A program made the position numbers and the translations under genes. The notes under the pieces are model-generated. The model was not told the origin of the DNA. It was given only the letters and a program-made list of their open reading frames with translations, and did no database searches. Below are positions 10,350-19,543 of a stretch of 64,000 bases of DNA, one piece after another (position 1 is the first letter of the stretch; each line of letters opens with the position of its first letter). Origin of the DNA: Pseudomonadales bacterium (GTDB lineage: Bacteria; Pseudomonadota; Gammaproteobacteria; Pseudomonadales; IMCC2047); NCBI GenBank assembly GCA_041395865.1, contig JAWKZQ010000006.1, forward strand, positions 6,718 to 70,717, read 5' to 3'.

Positions 10350-10556
10350 ATGGAAATTCCCTATAAGGCCATCCCGCCCGAAACCCTGCGCAACATGATC
10401 GAGGAGTTGATCACGCGGGAGGGTACCGATTACGGCGAACAGGAGCTGGCTCTGGCATCGAAAGTGAAGCAGGTTATGCTGAAACTGGAGCGGGGCGAGG
10501 CGGCTATTTTGTACGATGAAGCGTTAGAAACCTGCGAAATCGTATTGACCCAATAA
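10350..10556 (+). CDS. yheU: YheU-family protein (UPF0270)
   Basis: About 68 aa. IPYKAIPPETLRNMIEELITREGTDYG matches the YheU family pattern. ATG at 10350 (TTG at 10347 is in frame). Confidence 0.7.
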   Translation: MEIPYKAIPPETLRNMIEELITREGTDYGEQELALASKVKQVMLKLERGEAAILYDEALETCEIVLTQ

Positions 10557-10731
10557 ATTCCAATGTGCTAGCCCGGAAGCGCGGGTGATCGTTATTTTAT
10601 GCACAACCTCTCAAATTTTCCTTTTTCGTAACAAATACTTCATATTTCTCCTGTCATGCTTTATTAAAGTTATGTAACTGTATGAAATATAAAGAAAAAT
10701 ACGGTATTGGTTAAAAAATAGTCAATCTGTA

Positions 10732-10809
10732 GAATCCCCAATAAATACGCCTGCTTGGGGGGGATACCCCAATAGTATCCCCATAGTTATCCACAGCTTC
10801 TGTGGAAAA
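10732..10809. promoter_or_regulatory. array of DnaA-box-like 9-mers, copy 2 (includes a perfect TTATCCACA and a head-to-head partner)
   Basis: GAATCCCCA 10732-10740, GATACCCCA 10763-10771, GTATCCCCA 10775-10783, TTATCCACA 10787-10795, inverted TGTGGAAAA 10801-10809. The last three direct boxes start 12 bp apart. Confidence 0.45.
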
Positions 10810-10880
10810 CAAAATGTGTCTTTACAGCCCCCGTCGCCGTTGGGGTTACGGAAAATCAAGCCCGTTGCGCTTAATTTTTA

Positions 10881-12896
10881 TCAAATTTTATTGCGTATTA
10901 AATCGCGAATCAGGAAGCGGGCGGGGTTGAGCGCATCGCTAATCTGCTGCTCGAAGGGCAGGGGCGAACCGCAGATTTGTGCAGCAATCAGTTCGCTGGC
11001 AAGCGGGCAGGAAACCAGCCCCTTGGAACCGTGGCCGGTGTTGATATAGAGGCCTGGCAGGTAGCTTCCCGGTGTGTCGAACCAAGTGGTGGCATCTTTA
11101 CGCAGGCGGGCGTATTGATCAAGAAACGCGGCACGGTCAGGAACCGGCCCGACCAGCGGCAGGTAATCGGGACTGGTGCAGCGGAATCCCACGCGGCCCT
11201 GGAGCGTATTTGTGTCCAGAGCATACCAGCCCTGCTGCTGCGCCAGTGATGGCGCCAGCTCGCTGATTTGTTCGATGTTTCGCTGGTGATCCTCGGCGCG
11301 CAATGCGTGGCTATCACAATCCAGGTTAAAGGTGGCGCCGATGTGGAATTGACCGTTCAGCGCCGGGGCGACATAGGCATTGCCACAAATGACTGTTTTC
11401 AGCGGCGAGGCAGTTTCTGTGGCCGGAATGTGCGTGACCTGGCCTCGGATGCGCTTAAGCGGTAAAAAAGCGCTGCTCTCGAACCTGAGGGCGTCGTAGG
11501 CATTTGCAATGACCACTGTTTCGGCTTCGTCAATGAGGGCACCCTGTACATCGCGCAATTGCCAGCGCCCGGCCTCGAAGCTGAAGTCGGCAATTTCCAC
11601 ACCGTATCTGGCTTCGATGCCGGCCTGTTCGAGATAACGCCGACACAGCGCGCGAGGCGTTACCCAGCCCGCTTTTTGGAAGAACAGGCCGCCCTGGGTC
11701 AACTCGATGCCCGCCAGTTCGCCAGCCTGTTGCAAAGTGACTGCTCTGACCAGTTCCGGCGGCTGTGGATTATTCAACAGGAATTGCTGTTGGCGCAGCA
11801 TTTCCCTGTCCGTATGGGCCAGTTGCAATACGCCGCAGTTATCCCACTCAGCGGCATAGTCGCCGGTCATTAACTCGGTTAATTGGCTGGTGGCGTAAAG
11901 ATAGGCACGACTGTAGAAATCCGACTTGGTGGAGGCCTCGGCTGAGAGTTTTGCATAGAGTATGCCCTGATTGTTGCCGGACCCCTCCAGTGCCGGCTCC
12001 GCATGGCGTTCGAGCAGGGAAACCTGCCAGCCGCGCCGGGCCAGGCTAAAGGCGGTTGAGGTGCCCGCCAGACCGGCACCAATGACCATCGCGCGCGCTG
12101 TGCGGGGGCGGTGATCGGGCAAAATGAACCAGGGCGTTTTATGCGCTGTTTGTTCTGTGGCGTCATGATCGAGTTGGCCGGCGAGCATGTGGCGTTTGCG
12201 CCCATAGCCCTTAACCCGTTCAACTTCAAAACCGGCACTTTTCAGACCTTCGCGAACCAGGCTGGCAGCGGTAAAGGTGCTGAAGGTGGTGCCGGGTTTG
12301 GCGAGGCGTACCAGCTGTTCGAACAGCTCGGGGCTCCACATCCGCGGGTTTTTGGCGGGCGCAAAGCCATCCAGGAACCAGGCATCAAGTGTGCCGGCTC
12401 GCTGGCTGGCAAAGCCGGCCAGGGCGTCGCCGATAAACAGGTTCAGTTCGACGCGTTCGGCGCTAAAACTGATGTGGTGCCAGCCGGGCGTCAATACGGG
12501 GTAGAGGGCCAGCAGGCGTTCTGTGTAGGGAGCCAGCTGCGGCCAGTGAAGCAGGGCTTTTTGAAGTTGCTCAAGGGTCAGCGGATACTTTTCGACGCTG
12601 CTGAACTGCAGGTGACAACCGGGGGCGACCTGGTCGCGAAGCTGCCAGGCGCACAGGAAATTCAGGCCGGTACCAAAGCCGGTTTCCCCAATGCGGAAGG
12701 CTGCGCTTGGTTTTCCTGCCAGGGCGCCAAGGCGCTCGGGCAGGCGGTTCTGCTCCAGGAAGACATAACGGGTTTCATCGATACCGCTATGCCGCGAGAA
12801 ATAGACGTCGTCAAACTCAGTGGAAACGGGGGTGCCGTCTTCGCTCCAAGCCAGCTTGGCGGTGGTGACGGCGGGTGAAGCAGGTTTGTCAGTCAC
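10881..12896 (-). CDS. mnmC: bifunctional tRNA (mnm5s2U34) methyltransferase / FAD-dependent cmnm5s2U34 oxidoreductase
   Basis: 671 aa. N-terminal SAM-methyltransferase part (ETGFGTGLNF, DAWFLDGFAP) and C-terminal DAO domain (VIGAGLAGTSTA). The GTG start overlaps the nth stop by 8 nt. Confidence 0.9.
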   Translation of the reverse strand: MTDKPASPAVTTAKLAWSEDGTPVSTEFDDVYFSRHSGIDETRYVFLEQNRLPERLGALAGKPSAAFRIGETGFGTGLNFLCAWQLRDQVAPGCHLQFSSVEKYPLTLEQLQKALLHWPQLAPYTERLLALYPVLTPGWHHISFSAERVELNLFIGDALAGFASQRAGTLDAWFLDGFAPAKNPRMWSPELFEQLVRLAKPGTTFSTFTAASLVREGLKSAGFEVERVKGYGRKRHMLAGQLDHDATEQTAHKTPWFILPDHRPRTARAMVIGAGLAGTSTAFSLARRGWQVSLLERHAEPALEGSGNNQGILYAKLSAEASTKSDFYSRAYLYATSQLTELMTGDYAAEWDNCGVLQLAHTDREMLRQQQFLLNNPQPPELVRAVTLQQAGELAGIELTQGGLFFQKAGWVTPRALCRRYLEQAGIEARYGVEIADFSFEAGRWQLRDVQGALIDEAETVVIANAYDALRFESSAFLPLKRIRGQVTHIPATETASPLKTVICGNAYVAPALNGQFHIGATFNLDCDSHALRAEDHQRNIEQISELAPSLAQQQGWYALDTNTLQGRVGFRCTSPDYLPLVGPVPDRAAFLDQYARLRKDATTWFDTPGSYLPGLYINTGHGSKGLVSCPLASELIAAQICGSPLPFEQQISDALNPARFLIRDLIRNKI

Positions 12897-13524
12897 TGGT
12901 TTTTTCTTTGAATTCGCACAGATCTTCGATAATGCAGGCGCTGCAGCGGGGCTTGCGAGCGGTGCAGATATAGCGGCCGTGCAGGATCATCCAGTGGTGG
13001 GCATCCCGCAAAAATTCTTTGGGCACATGGCGCAGCAGTTTTTTCTCGACCTCCAGTACGTTTTTACCGGGAGCAATTTTCGTGCGGTTGGCGAGGCGGA
13101 AAATATGCGTATCCACCGCCATCGTCAATTGACCGAAGGCCGTGTTCAGCACCACATTGGCTGTTTTGCGTCCCACGCCGGGCAGCGCTTCCAGTGCTTC
13201 GCGGGTGGTTGGAACCTCTGAGTTGTGCTGCTCCATCAGGAGGCGACAGGTTTTGATGATGTTTTCGGCTTTGCTGTTAAACAGCCCGATGGTTTTGATG
13301 TATTCCTTAAGCCCTTCAACGCCCAGTGCGGCAATGGCTGCCGGGGTGTTAGCGACCGGAAAGAGTTTGTCGGTGGCCTTGTTAACGCCGACATCGGTTG
13401 CCTGTGCCGATAGAATCACGGCAATTAGCAGCTCGAAGGGGTTGCTGTAGTTCAGTTCGGTACGCGGTTCAGGGTTGTTGTCACGAAAACGCGCAAAAAT
13501 CTGGTGGCGCTTGTCTGCGTTCAT
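12889..13524 (-). CDS. nth: endonuclease III
   Basis: 211 aa. HhH-GPD motif (LPGVGRKTANVVL) and C-terminal 4Fe-4S loop CTARKPRCSACIIEDLC. Sits directly downstream of the rnf genes, as in many gammaproteobacteria. Confidence 0.95.
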   Translation of the reverse strand: MNADKRHQIFARFRDNNPEPRTELNYSNPFELLIAVILSAQATDVGVNKATDKLFPVANTPAAIAALGVEGLKEYIKTIGLFNSKAENIIKTCRLLMEQHNSEVPTTREALEALPGVGRKTANVVLNTAFGQLTMAVDTHIFRLANRTKIAPGKNVLEVEKKLLRHVPKEFLRDAHHWMILHGRYICTARKPRCSACIIEDLCEFKEKTSD

Positions 13525-13546
13525 CGGTTTAAAAGCGTCCCGGAAA

Positions 13547-14260
13547 TTATTTGATTTCGCCTGTTACCCGTGCCCGTTTTGAGCCGGCCACGGGCTTTTC
13601 GCGACGGGCCTCGCGGAGGGTTTTCACGCGATTATCGATGATATTTTTGAGGGCGATTAACAGGCCCATGCCCACAAAGGCGCCAGGCGGCAGGATCGCG
13701 AACAGGAAACCGCGGTAGTCGTCGATCAAAACGATTTTCCAATCGGCAGCTACCGGGCCGAGCAACAGGTCCATATCGGCGAACAGCGTACCCAGGCCGA
13801 TTACCTCGCGCATCGCGCCCAGTAGCAAGAGTACTGCGGTAAAGCCCAGGCCCATCATCAGGCCGTCGGTAATGGAGGGTAAAATGGGGTTTTTACGGGC
13901 AAAGGCTTCGGCGCGTCCGAGGATGGCGCAGTTGGTCACGATAAGCGGGATGAAAATACCCAATGACAGGTAAAGTTCGTAGGTGAGCGCCTGGCTGAGC
14001 AGCTCAACACAGGTCACGAAGGAGGCGATGATCATTACAAACGCAGGCAGGCGTACCGTGTCAGGCACGGTGTTGCGGATAATAGAGACCGACAGGTTGG
14101 AGCCCACCAGTACCAAAATCGTGGCGAGACCCAAGCCCAGGGCGTTTACCACCGAACCGGTGACGGCCAGCAGGGGGCACAGGCCCAGGAGTTGCACCAG
14201 CGCGGGGTTGTTGCCCCACAGGCCGTCAGAGGTGATTTCGCCGTAGCCTTTGCTTGCCAT
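13547..14260 (-). CDS. rnfE: Rnf electron transport complex subunit E
   Basis: NqrD/RnfE family polytopic membrane protein ([17 protein letters not shown]) at the operon position after rnfG. Confidence 0.9.
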   Translation of the reverse strand: MASKGYGEITSDGLWGNNPALVQLLGLCPLLAVTGSVVNALGLGLATILVLVGSNLSVSIIRNTVPDTVRLPAFVMIIASFVTCVELLSQALTYELYLSLGIFIPLIVTNCAILGRAEAFARKNPILPSITDGLMMGLGFTAVLLLLGAMREVIGLGTLFADMDLLLGPVAADWKIVLIDDYRGFLFAILPPGAFVGMGLLIALKNIIDNRVKTLREARREKPVAGSKRARVTGEIK

Positions 14261-14269
14261 GATATTCCT

Positions 14270-14920
14270 CTATTGTGCGTCGCTGCTGGCTTCGCTGTCC
14301 GCCTTTTTAGGCGCCAGCAGAGTGTCACGGTTTTCGTCAAAATAGGCCAGTGCGGCATGGACGGATTTTACCACGGCACGGGGCGTAATGGTGGCGCCGG
14401 TAAATTGGTCAAAGGCACCGCCATCCTTTTTGACCTGCCAGCTTTCGGCGTCAGGCGATTGCAGGGATTTGCCATTGAAATTCAACACCCAGGGTGACTT
14501 TTTAAGTTCCACCTTGTCGCCCAATCCAGGCGTTTCCTTGTGCTGCAGGATTCGAACCCCGGCAATGGTGCCGTCGCTGTTAATACCGACAATGCTGTGA
14601 ATCTTGCCGGTATAACCGTCAGGTGCGATGGAGGGCAGGATCACCGCCACGGCCTTTTCGCCTTGGCGGGCAATAAAGGCTTCGACGTCGCCCAGGTCGG
14701 CTACCAGGGCCGGGTCGGTGATGCTCACCGTATCCTCGAGTAAATCATTGTCGTGGGTTTCCGGTGGCAGGATCTCCAGCAGCGCCTTGGACTTTGCCTC
14801 GTCGATATTATGGGCAATCTGCTCCTCGGTGAGTACCTGGGTTACCGCAATAACGCCTGCCGTGACAACGGCAAACAGGCTGAGCCCAATGGCGTTCTGT
14901 TTAATGGATTGACCTAACAC
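14270..14920 (-). CDS. rnfG: Rnf electron transport complex subunit G
   Basis: N-terminal TM anchor and FMN-attachment motif FDQFTGATITPRAV. Confidence 0.9.
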   Translation of the reverse strand: MLGQSIKQNAIGLSLFAVVTAGVIAVTQVLTEEQIAHNIDEAKSKALLEILPPETHDNDLLEDTVSITDPALVADLGDVEAFIARQGEKAVAVILPSIAPDGYTGKIHSIVGINSDGTIAGVRILQHKETPGLGDKVELKKSPWVLNFNGKSLQSPDAESWQVKKDGGAFDQFTGATITPRAVVKSVHAALAYFDENRDTLLAPKKADSEASSDAQ

Positions 14921-14936
14921 GCTATCCTCGAGTTAC

Positions 14937-15974
14937 TCATTTGGTGGATTTATGGCCGTAGGTACGCGGCTGGGTGTAATGATCGATCAAGGGCGCCACA
15001 AAGTTCATCAGCAGTACGGCAAATGCCACGGCATCGGGGTAGTTGCCCCAGTTGCGAATCAGGTACACCAGAATCCCGATGCCCGCGCCGTAATAGAGCT
15101 TGCCCTTGAGGCTGGTGGCGGCCGTGACCGGGTCCGTGGCGATGAAGAAGGCGCCCAGCATGGTGGCGCCGCCCAGCAGATGCAATTCAGGCGATGCGTA
15201 GCTGCTGGGGTCGGTCGCCCAGAAAATAACCGAGATGGCTGCCATCGCTGCCAGCATGCTGACCGGGATGTGCCAGGTGAAAATTTTACGGTAGATAAGG
15301 TAGACGCCGCCCAGCAGGAAGCCAAGGCTGGCCATTTGCCAGGCTCGCCAGCTCTGCGAACTGACGGCCAGCTCCGTAGACCAGAACTCCTCGGCCGTTA
15401 GGCCGCCCTTGTGCTTGAAGGCGTCCAGGGGGGTTGCCATGGTCACGGCATCAAAACTTTCGCCCCCAATGAAGGGGAAAATGGTGGTAAGGGTTTCCAT
15501 AAAGCCCGGCGTTTGGCTTTCCGTCATGGCGAGGGATTGTGGCGCCAGCCAGCTGGTCATTTCCACCGGGAAGGCAATCAGCACCAGGGCGTAACCAATC
15601 ATCGCCGGGTTGAACGGGTTTTGACCCATGCCGCCGTAAAGGTGTTTTGCCACGATAATGGCAAAGGCGGTGGCGACCAGGGTCAGCCACCAGGGCGCCA
15701 GCGGCGGAAGGGATATACCCAGCAGTACGGCCGTCAGAAGTGCGCTGTAGTCGGTCAGGTAAAAGGCCAGTGGGCGCTTGCGGAGCAGCAACACCAGCGA
15801 TTCGCAGACGATGGCGACCAGTCCGGCCCAGGCGACATTGATCAGGTTGCCCCAGCCGAAGAACCAGGTCAGCATGGCGAGTCCCGGCAGGGTGGCGAGT
15901 ATAACCAGCATCATGACGCCGCCGGTGTTGCCGGGGCGGGTCAGATGGGGTGATGAAACTCTCAATAGTGCCAT
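14937..15974 (-). CDS. rnfD: Rnf electron transport complex subunit D
   Basis: NqrB/RnfD family, polytopic, with the conserved TMATPLD region. Confidence 0.9.
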   Translation of the reverse strand: MALLRVSSPHLTRPGNTGGVMMLVILATLPGLAMLTWFFGWGNLINVAWAGLVAIVCESLVLLLRKRPLAFYLTDYSALLTAVLLGISLPPLAPWWLTLVATAFAIIVAKHLYGGMGQNPFNPAMIGYALVLIAFPVEMTSWLAPQSLAMTESQTPGFMETLTTIFPFIGGESFDAVTMATPLDAFKHKGGLTAEEFWSTELAVSSQSWRAWQMASLGFLLGGVYLIYRKIFTWHIPVSMLAAMAAISVIFWATDPSSYASPELHLLGGATMLGAFFIATDPVTAATSLKGKLYYGAGIGILVYLIRNWGNYPDAVAFAVLLMNFVAPLIDHYTQPRTYGHKSTK

Positions 15975-15980
15975 GCGGGG

Positions 15981-18341
15981 TTAGTCTCCCTTTTCTTCAT
16001 CGGTGGCCTGCTGCGCTTCTTCACTGGCAGCCTCGGCTTGCTCAGAAGCCTGTTGAGCGCGTTTGGCCTTGGCGCGTTCCAGTGCGGTCATGGGTTTTTC
16101 TGCCGCTTCACTTGGCTCGCCCTGTTGGGCCGCCCGTTTGGCTTTAGCTCGTTCGAGCACGCTCGTGCCTGGCGCTTTTTGCTGTGCGCTGTCTTTATCG
16201 TCAGGTTCGTCTTGATTGGCGGCCTGTTCTGCAGCCTGGGCGCGTTTAGCCTTGGCCCGCTCAAGTGCCGATAGCCCGGTCGAAGGTTGGGCCTGGTCGC
16301 CAGCTTCGGTGCCGCTCGCGGCGTCGGATTCAGCGGCCGCTCGTTTGGCTTTAGCCCGCTCCAGTGCCGAAAGGCCGGTCGAAGTGGTCGCCTGTGGCTC
16401 GGCTTCGACGGATTCCGGCGCTTCAGGGCTGTCGTCGGTAGCTACCTGCTGGGCTCGCTTGGCTTTGGCGCGTTCCAGGGCCGATAGGGGTTTATCCGCC
16501 TTTTCATCCGGGCTGGCTGTTTCATTGTTCAGGGAGCGTTTTGCTTTCGCTCGCTCAAGCGCCGATAGACCATCGCTGGCGGCGTTGGAATTATTCTCTT
16601 TTTGGGCGGCTTGGTTTTGAGCGGCCTGGCGTGCTTTTGCACGTTCGACGGCGGACAGCACAGGTTTTTCAGCCCCTTCTTTTGCATCTGCCTGTTGGGC
16701 TTTTTTAGCCTTGGCGCGCTCAACGGCCGACATCGCTGCCGATTTGGTTTCGTCAGTCGACGGCTTGTCTGTTTGCGCGGCTTTTTGGGCCTTGCGGGCC
16801 TGTGCGCGCTCCAGCGCGGCCTGGATAACGGCAGCTTTGGGGTCGACCTCGGCGCTGTCATCCTTCGTTGTTTGTTTTGCTTTTTTAGCTGTGGCCGCAG
16901 CTTCGGCGCGGGCTTTGCGCTTGGCTTCCTTCTCAGCCTCCTCCTGCTCCAGGCGAGCCTGGCGGGCCTCAAAGCGTTGGCGGGCGTGATCGGAGGCCGT
17001 CCGTTCGTGTTCCTCGTGGCGAATTTCACCCTTGGCAAAACGGTAATACTGCACCAGCGGAATATTGCTTGGGCAGACGTAGGAACAGGCACCGCATTCG
17101 ATGCAATCCAGCAGGTTGTGTGACAGGGCCTTGTCGAACTCGCGTGACTTCGAGAACCAGTACAGCTGCTGTGGCAACAGACTGGCGGGGCAGGCCTCGG
17201 CACACATGCCGCAACGGATGCAGGCCTGTTCAGGTGCCGGGTCCGGCAGTTCCTTGCGGGTAGCGGCAAGGATGCAGTTGGTTGCCTTGACGACAGGCAG
17301 ATCGGTATCCGTGAGGGTAAAGCCCATCATCGGGCCGCCCATCACCAGCCGGTGAAGTTGTGCCGGGTCCACCTCAAAATGGGACAGCAGCTCTTTGATT
17401 GGCGTACCGAGCAAGACCTCGATATTGCCCTGACGGTCCAAGGCTTCTCCTGTGAGGGTGGTAATGCGTGAAATCAGCGGTTCGCCATGATCAACGGCGC
17501 GATAGACGGCGACGGCGGTGCCTACATTCTGGCAGACAATACCGATGTCGGCAGGAATGCCGCCGTTGGGGACTTCCTTGCCGGTCAGGATTTGAATCAG
17601 TTGTTTTTCGCCGCCCGATGGATACTTGGTGGGGATACGCACGACGCGAACGGGGATTTCCTGCTGCTCAGCGTCGAGAACGTCTTGAAGCGCCTTAATG
17701 GCTTCGGGCTTGTTGTCCTCGATACCGATCAGGCACTGTTCCGCCTGCAGGATATGGGCAATGATCTGCAGGCCGGCAACAACCTCGTTGGCCCGTTCAC
17801 GCATCAGCATATCGTCGGCGGTGATATAGGGTTCGCACTCGGCTGCATTGAGAATCAGGGTATCAATGCGCAGGTCTTCCGAGGGATTCAGTTTCACCGC
17901 CGTTGGGAAACCGGCGCCACCGAGCCCCGTGATACCGGCATCGCGGATCTGCTGCAGCAAAATTTCTTTGTCGGCTTGGCGGTAATCCGCGATGGCATGA
18001 CGCTCGCCCCATTCATCCTTGCCATCGGGATCGATAATCATGCAGGTTTCAGTCAGCCCTGACGGGTGCGGCAGGGCGTGGGCCGTAATAGCGGTAACTG
18101 TTCCGGAGGTTGGCGCATGCAGCGCCGCGCTGACATAGCCGTCAGACGCAGCAATCATCTGGCCCTTCAGGACCCGATCACCTGGCAGTACCAGCGGTTT
18201 GGATTGCTGGCCAATATGCTGTTGCAGCGGTAAGACCAGTTTGCCGGGAATAAAGCAGGGTTCAATTGCCGTCTGGGTTGACTGGGTTTTGTTTTCGGGC
18301 GGATGGATGCCGCCGTGGAAATCAAACAGTTGCCTGCTCAT
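15981..18341 (-). CDS. rnfC: Rnf electron transport complex subunit C with repeat-rich C-terminal extension
   Basis: GLGGAGFPT nucleotide-binding region and two 4Fe-4S motifs ([24 protein letters not shown]). The C-terminal ~300 aa is low-complexity with repeated [12 protein letters not shown] units. Confidence 0.9.
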   Translation of the reverse strand: MSRQLFDFHGGIHPPENKTQSTQTAIEPCFIPGKLVLPLQQHIGQQSKPLVLPGDRVLKGQMIAASDGYVSAALHAPTSGTVTAITAHALPHPSGLTETCMIIDPDGKDEWGERHAIADYRQADKEILLQQIRDAGITGLGGAGFPTAVKLNPSEDLRIDTLILNAAECEPYITADDMLMRERANEVVAGLQIIAHILQAEQCLIGIEDNKPEAIKALQDVLDAEQQEIPVRVVRIPTKYPSGGEKQLIQILTGKEVPNGGIPADIGIVCQNVGTAVAVYRAVDHGEPLISRITTLTGEALDRQGNIEVLLGTPIKELLSHFEVDPAQLHRLVMGGPMMGFTLTDTDLPVVKATNCILAATRKELPDPAPEQACIRCGMCAEACPASLLPQQLYWFSKSREFDKALSHNLLDCIECGACSYVCPSNIPLVQYYRFAKGEIRHEEHERTASDHARQRFEARQARLEQEEAEKEAKRKARAEAAATAKKAKQTTKDDSAEVDPKAAVIQAALERAQARKAQKAAQTDKPSTDETKSAAMSAVERAKAKKAQQADAKEGAEKPVLSAVERAKARQAAQNQAAQKENNSNAASDGLSALERAKAKRSLNNETASPDEKADKPLSALERAKAKRAQQVATDDSPEAPESVEAEPQATTSTGLSALERAKAKRAAAESDAASGTEAGDQAQPSTGLSALERAKAKRAQAAEQAANQDEPDDKDSAQQKAPGTSVLERAKAKRAAQQGEPSEAAEKPMTALERAKAKRAQQASEQAEAASEEAQQATDEEKGD
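16050..16830 (-). repeat. coding tandem peptide repeats in the rnfC 3-prime third
   Basis: At least 9 copies of (S/T)(A/V)(L/V)ERAKAK(R/K) separated by acidic/Gln/Ala-rich spacers. The DNA copies differ at many synonymous positions. Confidence 0.85.
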
Positions 18342-18931
18342 GCATCGGCCTCCGCAGTGCCAGGGTTGCGGTCGGTGGCAATGATTTGGTTGTCCGCCGG
18401 CGAGGGCAGATCCCAGCGCCAGTTATCGGGCGTTACCTGCACGGGCACCATATCGATGCAATCCACCGGACAGGGATCGACGCACAGGTCGCAGCCGGTG
18501 CATTCGTCCACGATAACCGTGTGCATCTGCTTGGCTGCGCCCAGAATGGCGTCTACCGGGCAGGCCTGGATACATTTGGTGCAGCCAATACATTCGGCTT
18601 CGCGAATCAATGCAACGCGTTTGCCCTTTTCTTCGCCATGTTCTTCGTCCAGCGGTACGAAATCCCGTCCCAGCAGTTCTGCCAGAGCGTGAATGGTGCT
18701 TTCGCCGCCGGGCGGACACTTGTTGATTTCATCGCCGTTGGCAATGGCCTCGGCATAGGGGCGGCAACCGGGGTAACTGCACTGCCCGCACTGGGTTTGT
18801 GGCAACAGGTTGTCGATTTGGTCGACAATCGGGTCTTCCTCCACCTTGAAGTGCACAGCCGCAAAACCCAGGACAATGCCGAAAACGGCAGCCAGGGCCA
18901 GCAGGATCAAAATGGCGGTGAGGATAGTCAT
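18338..18931 (-). CDS. rnfB: Rnf electron transport complex subunit B
   Basis: N-terminal TM segment, CGQCSYPGC cluster, and two ferredoxin motifs ([24 protein letters not shown]). 4-nt overlap with the rnfC start. Confidence 0.9.
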   Translation of the reverse strand: MTILTAILILLALAAVFGIVLGFAAVHFKVEEDPIVDQIDNLLPQTQCGQCSYPGCRPYAEAIANGDEINKCPPGGESTIHALAELLGRDFVPLDEEHGEEKGKRVALIREAECIGCTKCIQACPVDAILGAAKQMHTVIVDECTGCDLCVDPCPVDCIDMVPVQVTPDNWRWDLPSPADNQIIATDRNPGTAEADA

Positions 18932-18947
18932 GCCGTATTGTGCCGGT

Positions 18948-19529
18948 TTATGCGTGGGTCAGGCCGGTGAAGCCCATGAACGCCAGGGCCATCAGCCCCG
19001 CAGTGATCATGCCGATGGCGGAACCCTTGAAAGGGGCCGGTACGTCAGCGCTGTTGATCCGTTCACGCATGGCGGCGAACAGGATCAGTACCAGCGAGAA
19101 ACCGACCGCGGCGCCAAAGCCGTAGAACAGGGACTCGACAAAATTGTTGTCCTTGTTGAGGTTCAGCAGGGCAACACCCAGCACGGCACAGTTGGTGGTG
19201 ATCAGCGGCAGGAAAATACCCAGCACCCGGTGCAGCACGGGGCTGACTTTCTTGATGACCATTTCGGTGAATTGTACCATCACGGCAATCACCAGGATAA
19301 AGCTGATCGTCTTGAGGTACTCAAGCCCCAGTGGTGCCAGCAGGTAGGCATAAACCAGGTAGCTGCAAACCGAAGACAGGGTCAGTACAAAGGTGGTGGC
19401 CAGCGACATGCCCCAGGCGGTGTCGAGTTTGTTCGACACGCCCATAAAGGGGCACAGGCCCAGAAACTGGACCAGTACAAAGTTGTTCACCAGTACGGTG
19501 CTAACAATGATCAATAAATAATCGGTCAT
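18948..19529 (-). CDS. rnfA: Rnf electron transport complex subunit A
   Basis: NqrE/RnfA family, 193 aa, six hydrophobic segments. First gene of the rnfABCDGE order. Confidence 0.9.
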   Translation of the reverse strand: MTDYLLIIVSTVLVNNFVLVQFLGLCPFMGVSNKLDTAWGMSLATTFVLTLSSVCSYLVYAYLLAPLGLEYLKTISFILVIAVMVQFTEMVIKKVSPVLHRVLGIFLPLITTNCAVLGVALLNLNKDNNFVESLFYGFGAAVGFSLVLILFAAMRERINSADVPAPFKGSAIGMITAGLMALAFMGFTGLTHA

Positions 19530-19543
19530 GGCCGTCTTGTCGT

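Noticed and set aside
10655-10700. dif (XerCD) site, prompted by the convergent gene orientation and by TTATGTAACT
   Set aside because: Only 7 of 11 positions match the XerD arm TTATGTTAAAT, and there is no recognisable XerC arm or central region.
10557-10880. Chromosomal replication origin (oriC)
   Set aside because: There is no dnaA, dnaN, mnmG (gidA) or rpmH context. Only one perfect DnaA box is present, and I could not identify an AT-rich 13-mer unwinding repeat set. Flanking genes converge on the spacer instead of diverging from it. It is kept only as a DnaA-box cluster of unknown role.
10816-11049. 77-aa plus-strand ORF starting just after the DnaA-box pair
   Set aside because: Most of it is antisense to the 3-prime end of mnmC. 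It has a GTG start without an RBS and no recognisable features.
12111-12878. Long antisense ORFs here and at 7941-8852, 19577-20365, 21962-22816, 41046-41909, 48786-49601 and 61271-61996
   Set aside because: Each lies opposite a gene with strong motif support (mnmC, the fabY-like gene, metG, apbC, ccoI, ccoN, slt). All are Arg/Gly/Ala/Gln-rich, as expected for GC-skewed shadow frames.
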